Shown piece after piece: positions 25,831-39,489 of a stretch of DNA of 64,000 bases. The translations under genes were made by a program, and so were the position numbers. Under the pieces are notes generated by a model that was not told the origin of the DNA, ran no database searches, and was given only the letters and a program-made list of their open reading frames with translations. How positions within the stretch are numbered: position 1 is the first letter of the stretch; the number at the start of each line of letters is the position of its first letter. Source of the stretch: Priapulus caudatus (taxonomy: Eukaryota); contig NW_014577061.1 in assembly GCF_000485595.1 (NCBI RefSeq), positions 1,202,789 to 1,266,788 on the forward strand. The letters are read 5' to 3'.

Positions 25831-27962
25831 CGACACCAGCAAAAAGACCAGGAACAAATAATACAGGCTGATAACGTTATATTTTAGCTCCTGATTTTAG
25901 CAAACAAGTTTTAGGGCAACAGCCATTACGTGTAGAGATAATTTTATTTATGAAAGTTCTCAGACATCACGAACTAGAATGTCTGACAAATGCTTGAACT
26001 GTACACTATATATATCAGGAGCTAATAATGACAAATAATTTTTATCATTATTACTATATTAGCTCCTGTATTATGTATAGTGTATAACAGTATATATATA
26101 CAAAACAATATTTTTTGTGAATTGCAAAATTGCAAATTTTCCACTGCGATCCGCAGTGTTGATCTATTGCCATTTTATCCACTTCTCTCTCCATCTTCGT
26201 TCCCCTAGGACTTTTGAAGACTAACATTTATGAGATTATGAGGTTATATACAAGTTTAGGACTTGTATAAATAACTGTTGTACATAAAAAATTGGAATTC
26301 TCCACCTTCGTCTTTGGCTAATTGCAAATTTGAAGCTTTCTTCTACTGCGATCTGTATTGTTAATCTGTAAGACTGTATATTTGATCAANNNNNNNNNNT
26401 TTACTATTTACGGTGACGTAATCACCTTAATATTAAAGTTAAGGGAGGGTCTAGGATCTCTTAAGTTAAGAGAAAAGTTACGAGAATTTTTAATTCTCTT
26501 AACTTTACGAAGTTTTTGGCAACGCTTTAAGAGAAAAACTTAAGTTTAAGGTTAATGTTAAGACTAATTTTTTTCTGGCAACGGGCCCCAGGAGTATATA
26601 TATATCCCTATTATACACTCCTGATATATACAAAACAATATTTTTTGTGAATTGCAAAATTGCAAATTTTCCACTGCGATCCGCAGTGTTGATCTATTGC
26701 CATTTGATCCACTTCTCTCTCCATCTTCGTTCCCCTAGGACTTTTGAAGACTAACATTTATGAGATTATCAGGTTATATATACTTAGGACTTGTATAAAT
26801 AACTGTTGTACATAAAAAATTGGAATTCTCCACCTTCGTCTTTGGCTAATTGCAAATTTGAAGCTTTCTTCTACTGCGATCTGTATTGTTAATCTGTAAG
26901 ACTGTATATTTGATCAACTTTGTCTCTCTCTATATTTTATATAGTTCCTTGGACTCCGAATACTAATCTTTATGAGGTTGTAACTTGTAAGGTAAAAAAT
27001 ATCAAGTTGCAGAAAGACATTCAATCATGTGTGAAAGTAATGCAAGTTAATTTTAGAAGTAATTTTCTTGCAATAAAAAGAGACAAACTCTGACCTAATG
27101 CCATTCGTTAACACCTGCAATGTGGCTGGGGCAGGTTGTGGTACGCTGACGTTGAAAGTTAGGGTTGGTTGTTGTTGCTGCAAGCAGTGCGTCATGACCT
27201 TACGCGTGCACCCAGGCTCTGATTGCATAACGTTGACCTCGCTATACAATCTCACGGTAATTAGTTATTAGCACACCAGTTGTATATATAATAGCCAGAA
27301 TTATGTAAAGATTAATTTATTGACACAAGTAATTAGCTCACATATTCTATCACAGGCTGACAAAATTCTTACGTGTCTGTCTGGCTACATCAACCGTTTA
27401 TTGTTGTACAATTTAGCTCATTTAATTTATTTAAATGAAGTTACAAAGGTGCAAAAAAACATAAATAATATTAAACGGCATGTAACAACAGACAACACCT
27501 TTATTGCAAATTGATATAAATATAGTGTACTGAAACATTTGGTATTCATTGCATTTAATGATACACAGATTAATGACCGAGTAGATTTTCGATAGCTTAT
27601 AACCATGCTCGCGTATACATACTCACTCTCAAAGCTTTTTCATATATATAACAGAGAAACACCTGCTATGTGCTCTATACTCTGTGCAGTACATATACAT
27701 ATATATATAATACATGCATAATACTAGGGAACAAGCTGGTTTGTGTATCTGTTCAGATTCGAAATGAGTTGATTACATATAAATTAAATGTCTCATGATG
27801 GCTCATTGTGTTAGAGATCAGAGGTAGGATAGATACATATTAATAATATAACAAAAACCATGTGCATACCTTTGATATGGTATTTGATTGTATCTTTGAT
27901 TGCTCGTGATATATTACTAATTTTAATCTGTACACATTTGCATATTATATACAACAATAAGC

Positions 27963-28250
27963 CAGGGTTCTGCCCACGGTGGGCGGCGGTGGGCGGGTGT
28001 GCCCGGCACTCGCGGTTGCCGCCCGTCACTATATATCTCCGCCCGGCACTAATTTTTGAGAAAAAAAAGAAATAAAAAAGTCTAATATATGGGCTTTTTA
28101 TTGCTCATAATCCAGGAAATTGAGTTTAAGACTATCAAAAATGAAAAATTTTCCAAGGGTGTGCCCCCTAACCCCCCTAGATTGGCTTCGCGCCTACGGT
28201 GCTTGCATCCTGGATGCGCCCGGCACTAAAAAATCCTGGACAGAACCCTG
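27963..28250. mobile_element. CAGGG-ended element, 5-bp TSD (hAT5-like)
   Basis: TIRs cagggttctgccca / tggacagaaccctg, with TSD taagc. Confidence 0.8.
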
Positions 28251-28611
28251 TAAGCTATTAGCAGATGCCAGATGGTGTTCTAGCACAACAGTGGTGAGGT
28301 ACAACGCTTTACTAAGCATGGGTTGGCAAGAGGTGATTTAATAAATATCTACATATCATGCCAGAAGAGATGTATCATGAGTGCTACAAAAAAACTAGCA
28401 AGCCAGATACTAGTCTATTATCTGGAAATATCACAAACGCAAATTTTTTGCTGATCACTTAGCTGGCTATTTACACAACAAACAGCATGCAAACACACGT
28501 AGCAAACGTAGTTTATTATATATAAGACAAAACAGATTTACTTACTATACTCAAAAGCAGCACGTTAGTTCTGCAGAGCTCTAGAGGAAAACGACCGCGC
28601 GACAGGTCACC

Positions 28612-31363
28612 TCAGCTGTCGTCTTCAACCATCGGCGCGACCTCGTTAGTCAGCACGTAACGACGTCCCTTCCAGTTGAAGTGCGTCGGCGGGGCTTGGT
28701 CGCCGCCCGGCCCGTGAAACTCAAAATGCTGGCTGAACTCGATGGCGAGGCCCGAGCGCACGAGCCCGATGTCTCCGACTTTGCCACGAGCGGGGTAGTA
28801 CACCCGCCCGCTCCTCGGCAGCATGCACAGCTTCTGCGGCTCAAACTCGACCGACATCGTCGGCCCGCCGTTATTGTAGATGAGCAGGTGCGCCGTGGCG
28901 CCGTCGACGCTCCGCTTCTCAACAATTTGCGTGTAGACGATCGGCCGATCGTCGCAGTGCACAAAGTTGCGCTCTCGGCCACAGAGCGAGAGGTAAGGGA
29001 ATTCCCGGTAGCGCTCTGTCGTGTTCAGCCGCAGTCGTTTGAAGAAGAAGGACAGGAACGCCTTGTCTGTAAGGAAGGGAGAGAAAAAGTGGTAAATGCT
29101 GTGGCAGTGCTGCTTCTGGAATAGATTTTAAAACGGGACCTGCAAATTCAGCCAGTGCATTCTAGATTTTTTCTAACATTTACAGAAACTACCACCTATA
29201 TATGAACAATACAGCTAGTTACAAAATTACTGTTTTCTTTCTAAATTCTATACATTTTTTTACATGAGAACTATTGGGTTTCATAAACTGCCATAAACAA
29301 GCAACTACCTTGTTCACAGCACTCACACAGTAGTCACAGTACACATTTGGTTTACAGGATTATTGGCATATTGCCATTGCTTTCAATTAAATTTATATGC
29401 AAATATGTAGTGGCTTTTTTATAGGTTAATCAAATCAGACCAATATTATACATAATGAACATGTAGTGATCGTCTATGTACTGTTAGAAACTATGCACTT
29501 TCGCCAGTAGAAAATTTGGCAAATATAAGCCCATTCAGATGCAGCAATTCAGATGCAGCAATTCAGCTGTTATGCAACTTGTAAATCATTTTACCCAAAA
29601 AACATTAGATTTTAGCTGTCACTTTTCAGAAAGAGAAGCAGCAGACTTTCTTACTTTCAATGCCTACTACAGTTCAATAATTTATTATATGAACAAACAC
29701 ATCTTTACAATTGTTATCATACCTTTAAAGCATGAAGTAAAATTCTTGATCTTTGTATCATCCAAGAATAACTAGAGATAAAAAGCAAACAATAACTTTT
29801 AAACCATTTAATTTTAAGCAACATTCCATCTAAACCTAAGATGAAAAGGTACATTCACACCAATCTAGAGGTGTGAAAGCGTAAGCGTCAAATTCACAAA
29901 CTGCTCACTTCATTTCGAACTAGCACAGTACAAATACACAACCAATCACCTTGATCTTAATATCTGTTCACAGCCAAGTATACACTTGTTCTAATTATCA
30001 CCCTTACACTCGGGCATAACTTAATAACATAGAGAAATCTAGTAAAATCCTGCGAAAAGTTTAAAATTTCTGGCAATGAAACAGAAGCAATTATTGGTTA
30101 GTATGAGTATTATAGTGGTGCACTGCATTCTGGTATAACTGTGCCCAGCTTCCATCCAAGAGAAGCACCGTCACTCAGCTCCCCATACCAGTCAGTGGGA
30201 CTTGCATAAAAATGGTGCCATACACACAGCTACAATTGGCCACAAAATTTAGTAGCACTGACAGTGATTTTCAGATGGTAACTAGCAATTAAATAAGTTT
30301 ATTTACATTTCTATAGTGTAGATTTTATCACAAGATTTTTCTATCTCTTTGTGTAATCAAGTTCTACCCAAATGAAAGGGTAATAATTTGTAAATATAAA
30401 CAATTGCCTATATGCACGTGCAGATAGCAAGATGTAAGCAATTGATGATGTGCTCCTATTCTAATAGTTTAAAACAAAGCGAGCAGTTTGAGAATTTGGC
30501 ACTGATTTCCCACCAAACTTAATATTTTTGATAGTTTGTGCAGTGGTGTACATCGTGGTTAGACCAACTTGTACTTGTAGAAGAGTATCGATCTTAACCG
30601 CACACACGTGGAATAGCTAGCAATATGCTATATATAGTACATAAATTATTTTAAACATTATAACTTGTATGGTAGTACGTGTGGCTATGCCTCAGGCTCT
30701 GTGAGACTGTGTCACTCTGAGTCTGTCTGTACAGTGTCAGGGGCGGATCCAGAGGGTTCGGGTGACCAGTTTCCATATGTTCTTCTGCAGCTGGGGGGTC
30801 TGGGGGAATGCCTCCCCGGGAATTTTTTAAAAATTAGGCTATATTTGGTGCATTCTGGTGAATTTTGAGGCCTGTGACCGGTTTCTGGAAACCGGTGCAA
30901 ACCGGCCTAAATCCGCGCCTGAGTGTACTGTGTAACACAGTACACCAAAATACTAGTATTGCCATTGGTGTATTACTTGATCTAGTAGTAGTAAACTAAT
31001 GCTAGTATTAGAGGCATGCTGATCGCCGTCGACATGCATATTTTTAGAGAACCGAGTGAAATCTTCATGACCTACTTCTCTAGTACTACTACTAGTAGTA
31101 GTACTAGATAAAGAAAGTGAAAAAGAAAATGAGGCAGCAACCATAGATTAGATGATATATCTATAATATTATAATACTAATACTAATACTAGTAATAGTA
31201 ATACTGTAATAGTCCATACCTGACCCTGGTGATCGATGTAATAAAAGTATTCTCTTGTTTTTGGGTCTGGGCTTTGACCCTGCACGTAAATGACACGCTT
31301 GAAGATTCTGCCAGAGAAAAGCTCGCTGGCATAATGCTTTCTGACCGTTTTTAAAGAAATCAT
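28612..31363 (-). CDS. C8orf82: UPF0598 protein C8orf82 homologue, 215 aa
   Basis: Exons 31363-31220 (MISLK...YVQGQSPDPKTREYFYYIDHQGQ), 29771-29723 (LFLDDTKIKNFTSCFK) and 29066-28612 (DKAFLSFFFKRLRLN...FPYLSLCGRERNFVHCDDRPIVYT...GRVYYPA...PPTHFNWKG). GT-AG borders, phases 0 and 1, 648 nt. Confidence 0.92.
30738..30921. mobile_element. CAGG-ended element, 5-bp TSD
   Basis: caggggcggatccag...ctaaatccgcgcctg, with TSD agtgt. Lies in C8orf82 intron 1. Confidence 0.75.
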
Positions 31364-32233
31364 GACCGTCGTTCTTCTACAATAACAATAACAAGCTAAA
31401 TCGGGACCTTCACAACGTCTGACATGATTCTCCACACACGTTTTCGCCCTTCGACCTCCATAATACTGTAACTGGAACCGGATTTCCAGAAAATTATGGC
31501 CTAGTTTCTAATAATAGTAAATTTATTCCTATCAGTGCATTATATTACTTATAAAATAAATATTTAAATATTTATTAATATTACTGGTCTTGATTAATAT
31601 TGAGCCGTATACTTTTTGAAGTCTAAAGCTGTATGGAAACATGACGTACTTTTAGTTTGGACGAAAGAATGTAATGGATGTATAAATAAAGCCTTTTAAA
31701 AGTTATTTTTATAATAATAACATTTTAAAGTATTGTTTTATAAGAGTAATATTATATATATGTGTATACTATGATTTATTTTTATATGACTACAAAATCT
31801 TTATCAAAATTGCTTGTACTAAAAAAGCTAGAAATACACACTATCCGATATGTACGAGAATTCCGCGCCAATGAAAAGGCGAACTAGGAACATGGAACGA
31901 GGAAGCTAACTTCTTTGAATTTTGTGATACAGTAAACATTACTATTTAATTTTATTATTTATCACAAATTTAAAAGATTTTGTTGCTGATTGATATGTTC
32001 ATGAAAATATAGCGGATTCCCCGCTTAATGGTTAGCGTGAAACTGTGGTTGTCCGTGCCACAGACAGTATTCAAGTTTCAAGTTGAATACCTGGCAATGA
32101 TCGGCAATGATATCTGTTACTGCCTCGGGACTTCTCCGGTGTCTTCTAAAAGATTATAAATTATCAGGAAGACGCCATGCCTCTCGGCTATAGCTGATGG
32201 TTCACACTATTCGTACCTCCTTTGACATTCACA
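31364..32233. promoter_or_regulatory. Divergent (bidirectional) promoter region C8orf82/KATNB1
   Basis: The two ATGs point away from each other about 870 bp apart. An E2F-like TTCCGCGC directly followed by CCAAT lies at 31861-31872, and an ETS-like CCGGAT near 31478. Confidence 0.5.
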
Positions 32234-35200
32234 ATGTCTATGCCGAGGACCGGCACAAAACGTGCTTGGAAACTTCGTAAGTACTATGGCCTGTAACCAC
32301 GGCACTGACTGGCATTTGTGACTGGCGCAAATCCACTTACTACTAATACTAGGCACCTTAGCCTTAGCCTTAAGTATCACGAAGTGATGCACAGATTTCT
32401 GGGTATCATCAACTGATGCACAGACTTTCCGTATATCAAGGAATGATGCAAAAACCCTAACCCTAACCCTAAGTCATAAAGTATAACCTTAGCCAGGCTT
32501 AGGTATCACGAAGGGTGACACTGTGTCACAGTGTGTGTTAAGGTTAGGGTTAGCCACAAGTTCCCTTCTCGCTTAACACTACGTTGGCGAGAGGTCACAG
32601 CCGACGCATTAGAATATTGTTCGGTCATGACGTGCGCCTGCTATTAAACGTAAAATTATGACTTTTTATGATTGTTACCGCTTTCTCTGTACTTCCACGC
32701 CTCAATTTATTATATGTGCGCTACTACTAAGCATGTATTTACGTGTCAGCCGAGTAATTATTTATAAATTGATAAGATAAAACTAAAAAAAACACCGCCA
32801 TTTTCCCATAGATATCCCATTATACGTAACGAAAATATACATGGCAAAACAGTACAAAAAGAGCATAAAGCATCCCAGTATGGCGTTTTAAAACGTTCAA
32901 ATAGTATGAATGCTGTTCGAAATTCTCTTATTAGACGTGTATTTCGAGTGAAATAGTAATTAAGAAGTGATGCGATAGTTGCAAACATGTAACAGGTGAG
33001 GTCAAATGTGATAACTGCATTATTTTATTTACGGAAATTTTACGAAATCTGCGAGTTTGTTTTAAGCTAGCTACAGGCATTTCGTATGGAAGGGTGTCAG
33101 GCTCCTACGACGTGTAACAGTCGGAGAGCCTGGTCGGTTTAGGTTAGGGTTACTGGTTACAGTGGTTAGGGTTAGGGTTGGGGTTTTTGCATCATTCCTT
33201 GATATACGGAAAGTCTGTGCATCAGTTGATGATACACAGAAATCTGTGCATCACTTCGTGATACCTAAGGTGCCTAAAGTGGATTTGCACCTTTGTGACT
33301 TAATAAGTTAATTGGAACGTTTGTTACGTTTCAATAATAAAATGATGGTAAATAAACACGAAATATATTTACTACCAAAGTCTTAATATTTCTCTACTCT
33401 CTTTCGCTTGTTATTACTGATAATTTCCTGTAAATGCCATTCAAATGCTCCTCTGCAACACATAACTCGTAAGTACACCGTATGCACGCTGCTGGACTCA
33501 AACATTGAAACAGCAAAATTATAGAGCAGGTGAGATAACATGACTGAGAAATTCGCACGACGCTCGCTTCGTTTCACACAATCACAGCACAAATACAAAA
33601 CTAACAGCCTGCATTCTGGTACCTATGTGTAGCTAAATGTTTACTTGTTCGAAATTTAATTTTGTCAACTGGTATGGCACACTTTGCTTAGATATCTGGT
33701 AAATTAATGCGGAAAACTCCCACTTGGCTAAAATGTAAATTGAAGTAAGTGCTTGTTAATCATCCGACACTCCGTAATCGCGCTACTCGATCGTTTTGGC
33801 CAATGAACCTAGCGTGTGTGGCGTGATTCCCACACACATGCTAGCTTGATCTTGTAGGCCTCGAAATGGAGTTCGGAAGCAGGGACGCTTGAACCCAGAA
33901 TGCAATGCAGCGCCATTACTTATGTACTTGCTCCCTTTTACATTTTGACGGAGTGGGAGTTTTTCTCGGGAATTTTATTAGTTATCTCTTGGTAAAGTGT
34001 GCAGTACCGGTTGGCAAAATAAAATTTTGAACAAGTGAACGTTTACCTACGCATAATGGAGACTGTTAATTGTGTATTTGTGCTGTGATTGTGTGAAACG
34101 AAGCGAGCGTCATGCGAATTTTTCGCTCACGATTTCCCACCTGCTCTCTAATTTTGTTGTTTGTGCACAGCAGTGTGTACTTGTGTGTTGCAGAGGAGCA
34201 TTTGAACGACATTTACAGGAAATTATTAGTAATATAGGCGATACATAGTTGAGAAACATTAAAACTTTGGTATTAAATACATTTCATGTTTATTTACCAT
34301 CATTTTATGATTGACATGTTCCGAGAGCCTGTTTACTAGTAGTGCCAGTGGCAGTGCCAGTGGCAGTGCCAGTAATGTAATTTTGGTGCCCTTGGTGTGT
34401 GCACTTGTAGCTGTACAAATGGTACTGACTACTGTATCCAAATCTTAATTTACCTCAGATAAGCGCCTAACCTAGCTAAAACCGATTTACCTAACTTGCC
34501 TAGTGTACTGTAAGTACTACTGAGTCACGTAGTGTACCCATTTATCCCACTCACCACACTCCTCGCAGCTGTGAATTATTGCCCCTCTCTCATTGTGTGT
34601 TCATAGTGCATACATGTGCACATGCGTGTGCATGTGCGGGCTAAAAGCATATTTTTAGAAATTGTTGTTGCGATTCTAATTGCAGATATTCTAATTGCTG
34701 GTAACAGTCAAAATGTCGATGTTATTGTTCTAATCTATAAGTAACTTATAGGGGTGCACCGGATCCATTTTTTTAAGTTCCGGCCGGAACCGGAACCAGC
34801 CGGAACTTGAAAAAAGTTCTGGCCGGAACTACCTGGCCGGAACCGGAACTTAAGCTGGGAATAAACTTGACAATTTTGGCCCAGTATTGCGCAAACTCAC
34901 TTGGCCTGAACGAAATATTATTAGCAGGCACAATGGCACATCACTCAGACAAGTAGGACAATGCTCAAAGTTTTAATTACAGGATGGTTGTTAGACCTGT
35001 GTATGAATCAGCTGCTTACAGTGCATAATTCTGGGATCTTATTTGCAAGCGAATTCTGTGGCAAAATCTGCATGTTGCAGTATCCTGGTTTTGATCGGTT
35101 ATTTTCAACTAACAGAGAGATACCATTTCTGTGGCTTTAAGAGCAGGGTTCTCCCCAGGATGAAATTGAAACAGGGGGGGAGGGGGGAGGGGAGGGGGAG

Positions 35201-38200
35201 GGGAAACTATGGGGGTCCGGGGGCCTGGTCGAATCACTGGCAGCAAGAACAAGTCCGCACCTGCAGCTACAACACACGCATCTATTGACTATATATAACA
35301 ACATTATATATAGTTATATATAACTACTATAACAACTATAGCTACTGTAACAACTATAACTACTATAACAACTATATATAACGTTGTTATATATAGTCAA
35401 TAGATGCGTGTGTGCTGTAGCTGCAGCAGGGCTCGAATTAAGCGACGAGAAGGGCAAGGCAATTTTTTTAAGGCATGTGGGAAATTGCCTTGAATTTTCT
35501 CTAAAATGGAAGGGCACAGAGGCAATTATACAAGGCACCAAGGCAACTCTCAAAATTTGAGAAGGGCACAAAGGCACTTTTGTAAAATAAAGGAAAACTC
35601 ATAACAAATTAGTACATCAACATCGTCTTGCTTTTAATGTACAAAACAATATGCCCCCATGTAAGCTTACACTGTAACATCGACGCCTGTACCCCCCTCT
35701 GCTAATGGAAGTACAGTAACAGGAAATTTTACATGCCCGTTATCAGGAGCGAATAATTATGTTATTATTCCCTCCTGCGACTATCGGTTTTAAACTCATC
35801 ATTGCAACTACAGCACGCACGCGCACGTGTTATGTTGACTCGACTAAAAACGAAACTAGGGCAGTATATTAAAGGGCACGGACGGCAATTACACAAAAGG
35901 GTAAGGCAGGTGACTGCCGTCGGTCAGGTTGGATTTTCAGGGGCAGTACGGCGATTGATAGGGGCACCGACTGCAATTGCCGTCGGTGCCGTCGGTTAAT
36001 TCGAGCCCTGAGCTGCAGGTGCGGACTTGTTCTTGCTGCCAGTGGGTCGAATGAGAATTCTTGCCGAGGTGGCTCCTCAATTGCCAGTAGCAGCAACGCC
36101 TCCAAAGCTGACTCACTCAGCCTGTTCCTCATGTAGTCATTTCCCAATTTTTTTTTTTTATTGGGGCGGAAATAATTTAAACGTGGCGCAACGATTGAAA
36201 CGGGGGGGGGGGATTTTCCCAAACAGGGCGGGCGCGCCCGGTTTGCGCAACGTAGGGAGAAGCCTGAAGAGTATTTGATTTTAAAAGAAAATCTCGTGAA
36301 TCGCCTAACATCAGTTAGGTTTAGTTCAGTTAGTTAGCCGATGTTTAAATGGCAAGCGTTTTTTGGGCAGAAAAGTGTGAAGTTGTTAACACTATATTGT
36401 CAGCAAGTTGATTCTATTAACTCTCAACTACATTCAGTGACTGATCTTTTGATCTTGATGACGCTTGTAGCAGAAATGAAATTAGGAAAAAGTTCCGGTT
36501 CCGGCCGACTGTTCCTGAAGGGTTCCGGCCGGAACCGGAACTCTAGAAAATTGTGGATCTGGCCGGATAGTTCTGGCCGGATCCAAGTTCCGGTGCACAC
36601 TTCATTTGTTGTAAATCCATGTAGTGCTACTAAGGAAATATGGTGGAATATACTGTCTTTATTTTAATATGCAAGTGATGATAAGCTAGCTTTATTCCAA
36701 CATTTACATTATTTTCAGTTAAAAAAGATTTATATGTCTAATAGTTTTGGTCCTGTATAATAACATCTGTGAAAAACAACTAAAACGTACCTTAAAAATG
36801 TCTATATTTGTTATTGTTGATTTTGTTTCTTATGCAATCTTTTATGGTGATTATGGTTTATGCCTTTATGGTGACCTTAACATGATAGCTTGCACTTTCA
36901 GTTTCATTTTTGTACGATTACCAAACTAGGTTAGTGCTATATATATTCATGAGCACTTATGTGTAAAAAACTAAATATCAAAAATGCATATATATATATA
37001 TGTCATTACAGGGAGAGCAACACAAAGCAGTGATGTTAGTAAATATAGTTTATTTGAGTCTAATTAATATTGATCGACCAAAGATGTTACTTAGTAATTA
37101 AATTCATTCATTAATAATTGAAGCCTGATTTAACCAAAACTAGTTGTGGAAGATATGCCAGTTTGTGTTTATGTGATTACATAAGTGATACTGTTAACAC
37201 AATAATTGCCTATATTGCAGAGGAATATGTAGCACATGCAGGCAATGTGAACTGCCTGGCACTCGGTCACAAGTCAGGTCGTGTGATCGTCTCAGGTGGT
37301 GATGATAAAAAAGTAAATCTTTGGCTTGTGGGCAAGCCAACATGCATAATGGTAAGCTTAAACTAAGTAATATGCTTTATAGTGCCAGACTGTCTTTTGT
37401 AAGGTGATAGAAATAATTGGCATTACCAGTATATGCTTTATATCAAGTACATGCACCACCAATCAACCATCAACCAGTCAATAATTTAGGCCCAAAGTAA
37501 CTTTGCCAGGGGTGCCTTGTGTTGCATAATAAATTTGTTTTATGCGTATAACTAGTAGTGATTCAAATGCACTCATTGGTTTTGCAATGTCGTGTAATAA
37601 GACTCACGGTTATTATCAAAGCTGTCATAGCTTCTGATAGACATTTACTGAACCATATATTTAGAGTTTGTCTGGACATACCACACCCGTGGAGGCAGTG
37701 CGGTTTGGTGGTACTGATGACAGCATGGTCATTGCTGGGTCCATGTCTGGTGCCCTGAAGATCTGGGACCTAGAGGCAGCTAAAAGTAAGTGTCATCATT
37801 GTCATGTCAGAGTTTTATGTAGGCCAGCTGGGTTTGATTGCAATTATCAGACACATTTGCAATCGAGATTAAAATTTACAATTAAATTTACCCTATTTTT
37901 ACAGTTGGGCTTCAAATTTTCATAAGGCTATTAGTATTATACTTATAGTTCCATTATTTTATCAAAAATACCTTGTTCAGTATTTTCACTAAAAGCGTCA
38001 ATGTTTTAAAATTTGGTAACGTTGGGAATGCTGCTTGTAAGCGTCAGCTCTTAGAACATGTTGCTATGTTTAACAATGCTTTTTTGGGACGGGGCACATG
38101 CAGATCAATGTTTTTTGCACATAATAACATATAATCCACTGGAACTTACATGTATTGGCAGAACTTGAAAACGTGAGACTGGGAGTGCCTGAGAACACCA

Positions 38201-39442
38201 CAGTGCCATGTCGTGATGTGTGTTCTGTTTAAATGTTTTATGCCAAGCTGATCATATAGTACTGGCAAAAACTCATTATAGACCTTGGTTTTAATAATAC
38301 CCCTTTTTCGTTAGTTGTGCGGACACTGACGGGACACAAAGCTAACATACGGAGCCTGGACTTTCATCCATTTGGAGATTTTGTGGCATCAGGATCTTTA
38401 GACACAAATGTCAAGGTAAACTATTATCAACATGTATGCATATATAGTGTCTAGATCCTACTTTCTTGCAAATTGCAAAATTAAATGACTGACCTTTTGG
38501 TCAGGCTTGGAGAAATCATATTCATGTGACTTCAAAACTGGTTCAAGTGACTGATAGTTCTTGATGAAAAACTTACTGTCTGTACTCTGATTGCAATACC
38601 ACTGTACCATCAAATCATTGATATATATTATTCTATAATATTTGTTTCAATATGTTTAGCTTTGGGACATACGACGGAAGGGCTGCATATTTACTTATAA
38701 GGTAGGTACGGTGAATGGTATTTGTTGCTGCTTAGCTAGATAATAAGTTATGTAAACATGGCCATTTTAAAGCTTTCACAGTGATGATATCGAATTTAGA
38801 TAGGTTCAGAACAACTATTACAACTGGTTCAAATAGTATCATAAGTTCAGTAGTGCTAAATCTTATTCTCTCTGTTAGGAGTCTGAGGCATTGAACATTT
38901 TGTTATCAGGGCCACACTGATTCAGTCAACTGCTTGAGATTCAGCCCCGATGGACGCTGGCTCGCATCTGCAGGCGAAGATAGCCTAGTCAAGGTGTGGC
39001 TACATTCATATGCATATACCAATACTTGCAAGTTATTGACACGTCTATAAATCTCAGTAGTATTGTAGAACCGCCCTCCCTGTGTGTGTGCGATATTGGC
39101 GGAGCAGCAAACAAGGCTCAGCTTGGTTGGGATGTGAAGTTTGCATGACGTTGCGTGAACACACCGGAGCTGCATTTTTGTGGGAGCTTCTAGAGACGAA
39201 GAAGCTTCTTCTCTCACCGTTGTGCTCTCTCTCTCTCTCTCTTTCTCTCCTCGTTAGTTGTGGGACTTGACAGCGGGAAAGCTGCTCACCGACTTCCGCG
39301 CGCACACGGCTGCCATTAACTGTGTCGAGTTCCATCCGAATGAGTTCCTGCTTGCGTCTGGCAGCGCTGACAGGTGAGTTTAGTACACGACTACTGGAAT
39401 GGCCAGCAGCAACTGCCACTGCAGCAGTGGTGCGTACGTGTG

Positions 39443-39489
<47 letters not shown>

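Larger units (their letters stand above)
35144..36266. mobile_element. CAGG-ended element, 5-bp TSD (nest level 2)
   Basis: cagggttctccc / gggagaagcctg, with TSD aagag. Confidence 0.7.
34749..36603. mobile_element. hAT-like outer element with subterminal CCGGAA(C) repeats, host to three nested insertions
   Basis: taggggtgcaccgg at the left and ccggtgcacac at the right. ccggaac/gttccgg clusters at 34780-34850 and 36493-36593. Confidence 0.65.
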
